Origin: an uncultured Bacilli bacterium
GTDB taxonomy: Bacteria; Bacillota_I; Bacilli_A; RF39; UBA660
Direction: 5' to 3'
DNA: 64,000 bases
Assembly: GCA_944329385.1 (NCBI GenBank)
Contig: CALVIE010000001.1
Location: 2,168 to 66,167 of the forward strand
The notes beneath the pieces are model-generated. The model saw only the letters and a list, made by a program, of their open reading frames with translations. It made no database searches and was not told the DNA's origin. Positions within the stretch are counted from its first letter, which is position 1. Each line of letters begins with the position of its first letter. This document shows, in pieces, positions 26,157 to 35,308 of this stretch. Position numbers and translations under genes: made by a program.

Positions 26157-28741
26157 TATTTTGCCTCAGCCCAATTTTTACCATAATTAATATCGATGTC
26201 TAATGGGACACTTAATTTAGTTACATTATCCATTATTTCTGTAATAATTTGTTTAAGTTTTTCTAATTCGTTTTTTGGAACATCAAATATTAATTCATCG
26301 TGCACTTGAATTGTCATTTTAGTTTTTAGATTATTTTCTTTTAGAGCTTGATGAACTTTGACCATAGCTAGTTTAATTATATCGGCGGCGGTTCCTTGAA
26401 TAGGTGTATTTAAAGCTATTCTTTCACCACTTTGTCTTATTGTATATACAGTGTTTTTTAGTTCAGGTATATTTCTTTTTCTATTAAATAAGGTGGTTAC
26501 ATAACCTTGTTCTTTAGCTTTGGTTATGGAATTATCCATATATTCTTTGATACCTGGATATGTATCTAGATAAGTATCAATAAATTTTTTTGCTTCAGCC
26601 GGTCTAATTCCAATATTTTCAGCTAGTCCAAAACTACTTATACCATAAATTATTCCAAAATTAACAGCTTTGGCTACTCTACGCATTTGACTTGTTACTA
26701 AGCTTAATGGTACTTTGAAAATATCACTTGCTGTTTTTGCATGAATGTCCAATTTATTTTGAAAGGCCTCTTTTAGGGCATGGACGTCTGCCATATGAGC
26801 AAGAATTCGAAGTTCTATTTGTGAATAATCAGCACTTAAAATATAGTCATATTTTGGAACAAAAGCTTTTCTAATTAGTTTTCCATAATCATCTCTAACG
26901 GGAATATTTTGAAGGTTTGGTTCTACTGATGAGAGTCTACCAGTCCTAGTTAGATTTTGGGTATAAATGGTATGAATTTTACCATCGTTAATGGTATTTA
27001 TTAATCCTTCGACATATGTTCCATAAATTTTAGCTAGTTTTCTATATTCAATAATTTGATTTATAATGGGATGTTTATCTTTTAGTTTTTTTAAAACATC
27101 AATGGCGGTTGAATAACCACTAGCAGTTTTCTTTTTATGAGGAAGATTTAGTTTTTCAAATAATACTTCACTTAATTGAGATGGTGATGAAATATTGAAC
27201 TCGCATCCAGCGTTATTATATATATCTTTAGTTAAAAGTTCTAATTTTATTTTTATATCTTCTCCCATGTTTCTTAGTACATTAGCATCAACTTTAACAC
27301 CATTAAATTCCATATCGGCTAGAACTGATGCGAGTGGGAATTCTATTTCATTATAAAGATATTCTATGTTATCTTCTTTTATTTTATTTTGAAAAAATGA
27401 TTTTGTTTCATATATAAATCTAGCACGATTTACACATTCTTTAGCAATTATATTTTCTTCTGGCTTCTTTAATGTAGAGTTTTTACCATATATTTTTTCA
27501 TAAAATTCTAAATTATAATCTACTTGATTGGCTAGGTATGCAATATCTTCTTTCATATTATAGTCAAGTAGTGCGCCGGAAATCATTGTGTCAAATGTTA
27601 CATTATCAATATTTATATTTTGCCATTTTAAAGCAACAATGGTCTTTTTTAAATCATATGTATATTTTTGATTTTCTTTTAGAAATTTTGGATTTTGTTT
27701 TAATATTTCTAAAGGAATAAAATAAGATATTTGATCATTATATACTCCCATACCAAGGATTTCTGCTTTATGATAGTTTTGACCTAGAGTTTCTAGATAA
27801 ATAGCAATATCGCCATCAATTTTTATATCATTTACATCTTTTATTATTTGAACGTTTATTTCTTTTTTGGAAGGTTCTTTAATGTTTAGCTTTTTTAAAA
27901 ACGAGTAAAATTCTAAATCTTCATACAATTCGGTCAGTTTTTCTTTGTTTTCTCCTTGATATTTAGTATCTTCAACTGATATTTCAAGTGGGACATCTTT
28001 GATAATGGTGGCAAGATTGTATGATTTATAAGCGTTTTCTTTATCTTGAACTAATTTTTCTTTTAATTTTCCTTTGATTGATTCTATATTATTATAAATA
28101 CCATCTAAAGTTTTATATTCATGAAGTAATTTTAAAGCGGTTTTTTCACCCACACCTTTAACACCTGGAATGTTATCTGAAGGGTCACCCATTAAGGCTT
28201 TTAAGTCAATGACATTTATTGGATTAATTCCATAGTCTTTTTTAAATGTTTTTTCGTTATATCTAATATAATCTTTTTGTTTTAAAAGTTTTATATCAAC
28301 ATCGTTAGAAATTAGTTGTAGTAAGTCTTTATCACTACTAACAATGGTTCCAATAAAGTCAGGGTCATCATCACAAAATTTGGCGAATGTACCAATAATG
28401 TCATCAGCTTCATAATTGTCTATTTCATAGTATTTTATACCCATAGCAGTTAATAATTCTTTGGCTTTTGGAAACTGTTTTTTTAATTCATCTGGAGTTT
28501 CTACTCTACCGTCTTTATAATTTTCATACTGTTCATGTCTAAAGGTTTTCCCTTTATCAAAAGCAACTAAAATATATTCTGGTTTTTCTTCGCTAATTAT
28601 TTTATATATCATGTTTACAAATCCAAATAAGGCATTAGTTGGAAAACCTTTACTATTATTCATAAAGTTGCCATTATAAGCGGTGGCATAATAGCTTCTA
28701 AACATAAGATTATTTCCATCTATCATTGTTATTTTTTTCAT
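26156..28741 (-). CDS. polA: DNA polymerase I
   Basis: 5'-3' exonuclease N-terminus, Klenow-like polymerase domain with the RRVAKAVNFGIIYG O-helix and the VHDELIFD motif C; 861 aa. Confidence 0.9.
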   Translation of the reverse strand: MKKITMIDGNNLMFRSYYATAYNGNFMNNSKGFPTNALFGFVNMIYKIISEEKPEYILVAFDKGKTFRHEQYENYKDGRVETPDELKKQFPKAKELLTAMGIKYYEIDNYEADDIIGTFAKFCDDDPDFIGTIVSSDKDLLQLISNDVDIKLLKQKDYIRYNEKTFKKDYGINPINVIDLKALMGDPSDNIPGVKGVGEKTALKLLHEYKTLDGIYNNIESIKGKLKEKLVQDKENAYKSYNLATIIKDVPLEISVEDTKYQGENKEKLTELYEDLEFYSFLKKLNIKEPSKKEINVQIIKDVNDIKIDGDIAIYLETLGQNYHKAEILGMGVYNDQISYFIPLEILKQNPKFLKENQKYTYDLKKTIVALKWQNINIDNVTFDTMISGALLDYNMKEDIAYLANQVDYNLEFYEKIYGKNSTLKKPEENIIAKECVNRARFIYETKSFFQNKIKEDNIEYLYNEIEFPLASVLADMEFNGVKVDANVLRNMGEDIKIKLELLTKDIYNNAGCEFNISSPSQLSEVLFEKLNLPHKKKTASGYSTAIDVLKKLKDKHPIINQIIEYRKLAKIYGTYVEGLINTINDGKIHTIYTQNLTRTGRLSSVEPNLQNIPVRDDYGKLIRKAFVPKYDYILSADYSQIELRILAHMADVHALKEAFQNKLDIHAKTASDIFKVPLSLVTSQMRRVAKAVNFGIIYGISSFGLAENIGIRPAEAKKFIDTYLDTYPGIKEYMDNSITKAKEQGYVTTLFNRKRNIPELKNTVYTIRQSGERIALNTPIQGTAADIIKLAMVKVHQALKENNLKTKMTIQVHDELIFDVPKNELEKLKQIITEIMDNVTKLSVPLDIDINYGKNWAEAK

Positions 28742-28816
28742 TTTTTATCACCAATATTATTTTAGCATTAATAATTCCTTTATAACAAGAAAAAAGTTCT
28801 TATTTTGAACTTTTCT

Positions 28817-29767
28817 TTATGATTTTATATTTTGAATTGTTTTTTCATCTAAACCTGTTAATCTAGAAATATCAGATATTTTCATTTTTTCTTTTAACAT
28901 ATTTTTAGCAATTTCTAATGCTTTTACTTTTGATCCTTGTTCAATTCCCTGTTCAATTCCAAGTTCTCTTCCTTGTTCAATTCCAAGTTCTCTTCCTTGT
29001 TCTAGGCCTTCTTTTACTGCTTCATCATGATCAATTTTTTTCATCCATTCATCCATTTTTTCTTTGTCATATAAACCTATAATGTGTTCATCTTCATTTA
29101 AATCTTCAATTATTTTCGCCATATTTTCTAAGTCTTCATCTCCTTTAGATATTTCTTTTAACTGTTTTTTACTTGTTAATTGAAACATTACTAATACTTT
29201 CTCAATTTTTGAAAGTTCATTATTATTATAATACTTATCTAAAGGATTTGCCATATTTATATGGATTCTTTTAAAATTTTCTTCATCCGTAAATTTTCCT
29301 GTATCATCTTTCATACTAAATTCAATGAATAGTCGGTCATCAAATCTATTTATAACATTAAAGTTTAACTGTAATATTTCACTTTTATCCATTTTATTTC
29401 CTGATAAATATCTATCGTAGGCAATTTTATGATGATATACATTATTTTTGGCAATCATACTTGCTTTTGCAGTTTTATTGGCTTCAATATTTATTATTGT
29501 TCCTTCTACTTTTACTATAATATCAGTTATCTTTTTTCTTTCTTTATAATTTTCAAGTGGTAATTCTGTATTAGCAAACACTAGATTTTCAAAAATATAT
29601 CCTGGTGAATAAACAGTGACATGACTTATGATCAAAGATAGTAATTTTCTAAATTTTGGATTTTGAACAATGGATTTAAATATTGGATCAAACATTGATG
29701 TTATGAGTGTATCTGGATTTTTCTTTGTTTCAGGTTTAATACTTGTTTTTGTCATATACTCCTCCAT
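28817..29767 (-). CDS. Rpn-family recombination-promoting nuclease / putative transposase (PD-(D/E)XK, Transposase_31/YhgA-like), copy 1
   Basis: N-terminal DPIFKSIVQNP...DIIVKVEGTIINIEANK core plus C-terminal EQG repeats (LEQGRELGIEQGRELGIEQGIEQG) and the tail IAKNMLKEKMKISDISRLTGL. The tail is nearly identical to that of 43657..44556. Confidence 0.7.
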   Translation of the reverse strand: MEEYMTKTSIKPETKKNPDTLITSMFDPIFKSIVQNPKFRKLLSLIISHVTVYSPGYIFENLVFANTELPLENYKERKKITDIIVKVEGTIINIEANKTAKASMIAKNNVYHHKIAYDRYLSGNKMDKSEILQLNFNVINRFDDRLFIEFSMKDDTGKFTDEENFKRIHINMANPLDKYYNNNELSKIEKVLVMFQLTSKKQLKEISKGDEDLENMAKIIEDLNEDEHIIGLYDKEKMDEWMKKIDHDEAVKEGLEQGRELGIEQGRELGIEQGIEQGSKVKALEIAKNMLKEKMKISDISRLTGLDEKTIQNIKS

Positions 29768-29866
29768 TCTAAAAAGGTAGAAAAACTACCTTCTATATAA
29801 AATATACGACAAAAATAACGAATTTCCTTTTTTTGATGAATATTTTTTAACAATGAACAAAATAAT

Positions 29867-30185
29867 TTAATCAAAATTTTTATTAATTAAATCATCTATT
29901 TGTACTTCATAAATTTTAGATAAAATTATTAATTTTTCTAAAGTAATATTTTTTGAGGTGTAATTAGGGTTTTCTAATCTATTATAATGTCTTCTTGATA
30001 TACCTAATAGTGAGGATATATTATCTAAACTATAGGGATTATCTATTTTATTATTTAGATTTTTATATTCATTATAATGGTTTAACCTTATTTTTTTTTA
30101 GATTAGATGCGAGTATTTTTTCAAAATTACTGTTTTTTACATTTTCAGCTATTTCTTCCATTTGATATGCTTGTTTGATATGCAT
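29867..30185 (-). pseudogene. HTH (XRE-like) DNA-binding gene interrupted by a frameshift at an A9 homopolymer (possible phase-variable or sequencing-error site)
   Basis: ATG with SD AAAGAGGTG; frame 1 stops shortly after the A9 run (T9 on + at 30091-30099). With A8 the frame continues as ...NLKKIRLNHYNEYKNLNNKIDNPYSLDNISSLLGISRRHYNRLENPNYTSKNITLEKLIILSKIYEVQIDDLINKNFD, an HTH. Confidence 0.5.
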
Positions 30186-30303
30186 ATAAACACCTCTTTT
30201 TATAATTATCACATTTGAATTGTCAAAACGTGAGACATTTTGGGTGCTTTTTTTAGAAAATTATGATATACGAAAATGTAATAAAATAACGAAAGGAAGG
30301 AAA

Positions 30304-30606
30304 ATGGATATTTAGAAAAGTGGTTAGTTTTTTAAAAAGAATATTTTAGGTATTATTATTGGTGGAGTAATATTTGGAAGTTTAGGTGTTTGTGCGGCCA
30401 CCTATTTTCCTAGTAATAATGTAACATACGAAAACAAAAATAGTGGTTTAAAAAGTACTGATGTCCAAGGGGCGATAGATGAACTTTATACAGCTTGCTC
30501 AGAGCTAGCGACTCCGCCAACTCTAGGTGATACAATACTAGAAGATGTGCCAATAGTATCGTCAGGCGATGGTTCTCAAGAGAATCCATTTAATATTTCT
30601 TTATGA
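30304..30606 (+). pseudogene. degenerate remnant of the secreted paralog family, with N- and C-terminal conserved blocks fused and in-frame stops near the start
   Basis: ATG GAT ATT TAG ... then GIIIGGVIFGSLGVCAATYFPSNNVTYENKNSGLKSTDVQGAIDELYTACSELATPPTLGDTILEDVPIVSSGDGSQENPFNISL*. A 67-nt block at 30424-30489 is about 99% identical to P2 at 40151-40217. Confidence 0.5.
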
Positions 30607-30636
30607 TATGCAAAAACAAGTCTAAATTGACTTGTT

Positions 30637-33600
30637 TTAAAATAAAGATAACTGACTGGATTCATCCATCCCCTCTAATATGCCCATGGTTCTTAATTTT
30701 TCAATTAAGGTTGAGGAAAGTTTTGCTCTTTTTTGTAAATCTTCGATGCTTATGAAAGATTTCTTTTCTCTTTCTTCGACGATGTTTTTAGCAACTACTT
30801 CTCCAAGACCATCAATAGCTCTAAATGGAGGAATTAAGTTACCATCATCATCAATTACAAAATCATGATAATGACTTTTATATAAATCAATTGGTTTAAA
30901 TTTAATGTTTCTAGCTAAGGCTTCTAAGGCAACTTTTAAACATTCTAATACTGAAGATTCTTTGTTTGTTGCATCATATCCTTTTTCGTTAATTTCAATA
31001 ATTCTTTGTTTAACGGCTTCATAACCTTTGATCATAGATTCAATATCAAAGTCATCATATTCTGCTGAAAACTGAGCTGCATAATAAACTGCAGGTTTAT
31101 GTACTTTATAATAAGCTAGTCTAAAAGCATTAATTACATAAGCTACGGCATGAGCTTTTGGGAACATGTATTTTATTTTTCTACATGATTCAATGAACCA
31201 AGGTTCAATACCAGCAGATTTTAAAATTTCTGTATATTCAGCCCACTGTTCTGGTTCTTTTGTCGCTTTTCCTTTACGGACAAATTCCATGATTTTAAAA
31301 GCTTTGATAGGTTCTACTCCATGGTACATTAGATAAACCATAATATCATCACGACATCCTATTACTTCACTGAATGGGACAATTCCTTGATCAATTAGGT
31401 CTTTGGCATTGCCATTCCATACATCGGTACCATGTGATAAACCTGAAATTTTGACAAGTTCAGCAAAGGTTTTTGGTTTAGTTTCTTTGACCATTTGTAA
31501 AGTAAATGGGGTTCCAAATTCTGGAATTCCTAAGGTACCTGTTTCATTCATAATTTGTTCTTTAGTGACTCCTAAAGGTTTTGGGGATAAAAATATGCCC
31601 ATGGTTTCTTTATCGTCTAAAGGTACTTTGGTAACGTCATCGCCAGTTATATTTTGAATTAGTCTAAGTTTTGTTGGTCCAGAGTGACCTAAAATATCTA
31701 ATTTTAAAACATCTTGATCAATAGCGTGATAATCAAAATGAGTGGTACGCCATGCGGAGGTTATATCATCAGCCGGATACTGAAATGGTGTAAAGTCAAA
31801 GACATCCATATATCCTGGTATTACTACTATGCCACCTGGGTGCTGGCCTGTGGTTCTTTTAACACCAGTGCAGCCTTTAGCTAGTCTTTCTATTTCAGCA
31901 GTTCTCATGGTTATTCCTTTATCTTCACAGTAACCTTTGACATAACCAAAGGCTGTTTTATCAGCAACTGTACCTATTGTTCCTGCTCTATATACATTAT
32001 CTACTCCAAATAATACTTTGGTATATTCATGGGCAGCAGCTTGGTTTAAATCTGAGAAATTTAGGTCAATATCTGGAACTTTATCAGCATGAAATCCTAA
32101 GAAAGTGGCAAATGGCATATCTTGCCCCTCTTTATTTAATTTGGCTTTGCATTTTGGGCAGTTCATATCGGGAAGATCATATCCACTTCCATAATCTTCA
32201 CCGAGTGGTTTACCATTTAATTCAAAGATAGAATGTTTACAATTTGGACATACATAGTGTGGTGGTAAGGCGTTTACTTCGGTAATTCCCATCATTGTTG
32301 CCACTAGTGATGAGCCAACTGATCCTCTACTACCAACTAAATATCCATCATCGTTTGATTTTTTTACTAATTTTTGTGCAATTAAATATATAACATCGAA
32401 ATTTGCTCCTATTATACCAGTCATTTTATTTTTTATTTCATTATCTGTAATGTTAGGATTTTCTTCTTTAAATAAGTTAATTACTCCTTCTTTATAGCTT
32501 TTCATGACATCATTTAGTTTTTTATGAATTTTTGTTTGATATTCTTCTTCGCTTAAATTATCTTTAGATATTAATTTTTTTATAGTATTAAATGGTTCAT
32601 CACCATATAATTCTGAAGCTAATCTTTCTTCAATGTTATAAGGTAATGGGTAGCCATATATAGATTCGGCTTTACTATAAACCATATCTGTGGTGGTTTC
32701 TGTACAGTTTGGAATTTTTGGAGCGAAAGGAATACCTCCCGTATCAATAATGACTTCGATAATATCAATCATATCAGCTATTTTATTAGGGTTATCAATA
32801 ACTATTTCTTTTGCGAGTTCTTTTGGTAAAAACTCAAACTCTTGCATCATTTCGTCAGTTGTTCTTAGATATTGATTAGGTATTTTTGTAATATTTTTTT
32901 TAGCTAGTGGATGTCTACCACCACCTGGAACTTTTTGATTTACGATAATTTCTCTATAAATTCGGTCTTCTGGTTCAATTTGGTGAACGTCCCCTGTAGC
33001 AACAATTAGTTTTCCTGATTCTTTGGTGACTCTAATTATTTTTTTTATGTGTTCTATAAGCTCTGCTTTGTTTGCAAAATCGCCCATTTGAAGCAAATGG
33101 TCATAGACAGCTGGGGGCTGAACTTCTACGTAATCATAAAAATTTATTAGATTTGATAGTTCTTCATCGTTTTTACTTCTTGCTTGAATAAAAATTTCAC
33201 TTTCATAACAGCCACTACCAATCAATAATCCTTCTCTATGGTTTTCTATTTCACTTCTAAGAATTCTTGGTGTTTTGTATAGATATTTTGTGTTGGCTAA
33301 GGATATTATTTTAAATAAGTTTTTTAGACCTTTTTTATTTTTAGCTAATATATTCACATGGAAGCTGGCACCATATTTATGAATTTCATCTTTTGAAACT
33401 AATTTATCTAAATCTTTTATAGTTTCAAAATTTCTAGATACTAGTTTTTTTAGCATTTTATGAAATACTAAAGCAGTTCCTTCGGCATCATAATCACCTC
33501 TATGGTGGGCAGATTCATCCCATGGAACATCATATCTTTTAACTAAAGCGGACAGGCTATGTCTTGCATATCCTGTATCTAAGGTTCTTGATAATTCTAG

Positions 33601-35130
33601 AGTATCAATGACGGTATTGGTAAATGAACCTAGGTTATATTTACTATGAGCCATAGCGATGAATGAAACATCAAATTTTGCATTGTGGGCAACCATTGGA
33701 AGATCTCCCACCCACTTTTTAAATCTTTTTATAGCGTTTTCTTCGGTATCTTTATCTTGAAGCATATCATCAGTGATGTTAGTTAATTCGATGATTTTTG
33801 CTGGCAATTTTCTTCCAGGATTGATTAGTTCATCAAATCTATCAATTATTTCACCATTATTAATTTTTACAGCACCAATTTCGATAATTGAGTCGGTACC
33901 ACCGGCATTAAATCCTGTTGTTTCTAGGTCAAATACAACATAGGTTGTTTCTAATAGTTTTAAGTCTGATGGTCTTAAGACTATATTGACACTATCATCG
34001 ATTAAGGTTAATTCTGTTCCGTAAAGGGCTTTGAATTTATCTTTTTCATCTTTTCCTTTGTTATATTTTGTAACTAAATTAAAGACATGTGGGAAGGCTT
34101 GGCATCCATTATGGTCGGTAATAGCTATAGCTTTATGGCCAAATTTCATAGCTGCTTCAACTAATTTTACTTCATCGGCGACTCCATCCATTTGACTCAT
34201 TTTAGTGTGAGCATGAAGTTCTACTCGTTTTTTTTCTGATTCATCTTTTCTTATAACATCTTCTTTTTGAGATATATTAATATCTCTGGCATTTAAAACT
34301 ATTTCGCCTGAATATTTATCATTTTTAGTATATCCTCTAATAATATAATATTTGCCTTCTTTTAAAGCTTTTTTGTATTTATTATACTCTTCATCTTCTC
34401 TTGAAAATATTTTACAGTACATACTGTCAGTACCATCGGTTATTTTTAAGGTGATTATTTTAAAGTTACTTTTAGATGATTCAAAAAAATCGATACCAAA
34501 TATTTTAGCGTCAACAGTGACGTTATCCATTTCAAAGGTTATTAGGTTAATTGGTGTTGGTTCTGATGTAATTTCTTTTCCCATAATAAATGGGCTTTCT
34601 TTTTTTTCAGTTATTTTAGGAGTGATTTTTGTTTTTTCTTTTTCTATTTCTTCTCTTAATTCTTGGGCTTTAAGTTCATCTATTTTAGTAATGATATTAG
34701 TATTAAAGCCTGCTTTATTTAAATCTTCTTTGAGTATTTTTTTAATGCTTTGAAATTTCATTTCTTCGGCTTTATTTGTTAGGTTAACAATTAAATTGTC
34801 ATCATCTAAGGTAATGTTAATATTTATAAACATTTTTAGTAAAGGTGCCTCTTTACTATAGTTTTCCAAAAAATGATTATAATATTCTTTTAGGTCTTTT
34901 TCAGTATAATTTTTGGCACTGATTTTAGCACTTACGTTTACTTGGTTAAAATGTTTTTTTAAGTTATGAATAAATTTTATATATATTTTTAAAGGTAAAA
35001 TATTATTTAATGTTAAGCAAAAAAGGTATTTGTCTTTATTTTTGTTACAAATAATTTTATCTAATTTTCCATTTTCAAAATATTTATTTTCAATATTTAT
35101 TTGATTTAATAATAAGGAAAGTTTGTCCAT
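30637..35130 (-). CDS. polC: DNA polymerase III PolC-type (alpha subunit, Gram-positive)
   Basis: 1497 aa with an OB domain, PHP domain, the inserted DEDDh 3'-5' exonuclease (VVFDLETTGF...) and the polymerase core; the architecture is unique to PolC. Confidence 0.95.
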   Translation of the reverse strand: MDKLSLLLNQINIENKYFENGKLDKIICNKNKDKYLFCLTLNNILPLKIYIKFIHNLKKHFNQVNVSAKISAKNYTEKDLKEYYNHFLENYSKEAPLLKMFININITLDDDNLIVNLTNKAEEMKFQSIKKILKEDLNKAGFNTNIITKIDELKAQELREEIEKEKTKITPKITEKKESPFIMGKEITSEPTPINLITFEMDNVTVDAKIFGIDFFESSKSNFKIITLKITDGTDSMYCKIFSREDEEYNKYKKALKEGKYYIIRGYTKNDKYSGEIVLNARDINISQKEDVIRKDESEKKRVELHAHTKMSQMDGVADEVKLVEAAMKFGHKAIAITDHNGCQAFPHVFNLVTKYNKGKDEKDKFKALYGTELTLIDDSVNIVLRPSDLKLLETTYVVFDLETTGFNAGGTDSIIEIGAVKINNGEIIDRFDELINPGRKLPAKIIELTNITDDMLQDKDTEENAIKRFKKWVGDLPMVAHNAKFDVSFIAMAHSKYNLGSFTNTVIDTLELSRTLDTGYARHSLSALVKRYDVPWDESAHHRGDYDAEGTALVFHKMLKKLVSRNFETIKDLDKLVSKDEIHKYGASFHVNILAKNKKGLKNLFKIISLANTKYLYKTPRILRSEIENHREGLLIGSGCYESEIFIQARSKNDEELSNLINFYDYVEVQPPAVYDHLLQMGDFANKAELIEHIKKIIRVTKESGKLIVATGDVHQIEPEDRIYREIIVNQKVPGGGRHPLAKKNITKIPNQYLRTTDEMMQEFEFLPKELAKEIVIDNPNKIADMIDIIEVIIDTGGIPFAPKIPNCTETTTDMVYSKAESIYGYPLPYNIEERLASELYGDEPFNTIKKLISKDNLSEEEYQTKIHKKLNDVMKSYKEGVINLFKEENPNITDNEIKNKMTGIIGANFDVIYLIAQKLVKKSNDDGYLVGSRGSVGSSLVATMMGITEVNALPPHYVCPNCKHSIFELNGKPLGEDYGSGYDLPDMNCPKCKAKLNKEGQDMPFATFLGFHADKVPDIDLNFSDLNQAAAHEYTKVLFGVDNVYRAGTIGTVADKTAFGYVKGYCEDKGITMRTAEIERLAKGCTGVKRTTGQHPGGIVVIPGYMDVFDFTPFQYPADDITSAWRTTHFDYHAIDQDVLKLDILGHSGPTKLRLIQNITGDDVTKVPLDDKETMGIFLSPKPLGVTKEQIMNETGTLGIPEFGTPFTLQMVKETKPKTFAELVKISGLSHGTDVWNGNAKDLIDQGIVPFSEVIGCRDDIMVYLMYHGVEPIKAFKIMEFVRKGKATKEPEQWAEYTEILKSAGIEPWFIESCRKIKYMFPKAHAVAYVINAFRLAYYKVHKPAVYYAAQFSAEYDDFDIESMIKGYEAVKQRIIEINEKGYDATNKESSVLECLKVALEALARNIKFKPIDLYKSHYHDFVIDDDGNLIPPFRAIDGLGEVVAKNIVEEREKKSFISIEDLQKRAKLSSTLIEKLRTMGILEGMDESSQLSLF

Positions 35131-35308
35131 TTAAATCACCTTTTTTTATTATAGCACAGCCCTTTACATTTTGGTATGAATCTAGTTTAATTTTTTAATT
35201 TACACTTTCTTTAAAAGTGTTTTTTACATGTAATAATTTTAAAATTACTTTTGAAGGAGTATGTTTAGTGTCTTATTTAAAAAGATGTATATAAACGTAA
35301 AAAAAGAA

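Noticed and set aside
28817-29767. Considered calling the Rpn-like genes IS transposases or mobile elements
   Set aside because: No terminal inverted repeats or target-site duplications flank either copy. Rpn/YhgA-like proteins are generally domesticated nucleases, so they are annotated as CDS rather than mobile_element.
31403-34753. Several plus-strand ORFs (84-133 aa) inside polC
   Set aside because: They are all antisense to the continuous 1497-aa PolC frame, which is typical of an AT-rich reverse strand.
35131-35308. Hairpin ACACTTT-CTTTA-AAAGTGT followed by TTTTTT between rnr and polC
   Set aside because: It is terminator-like only on the plus strand, where no gene precedes it. On the coding (minus) strand it lacks a U-tract, so it is not called.
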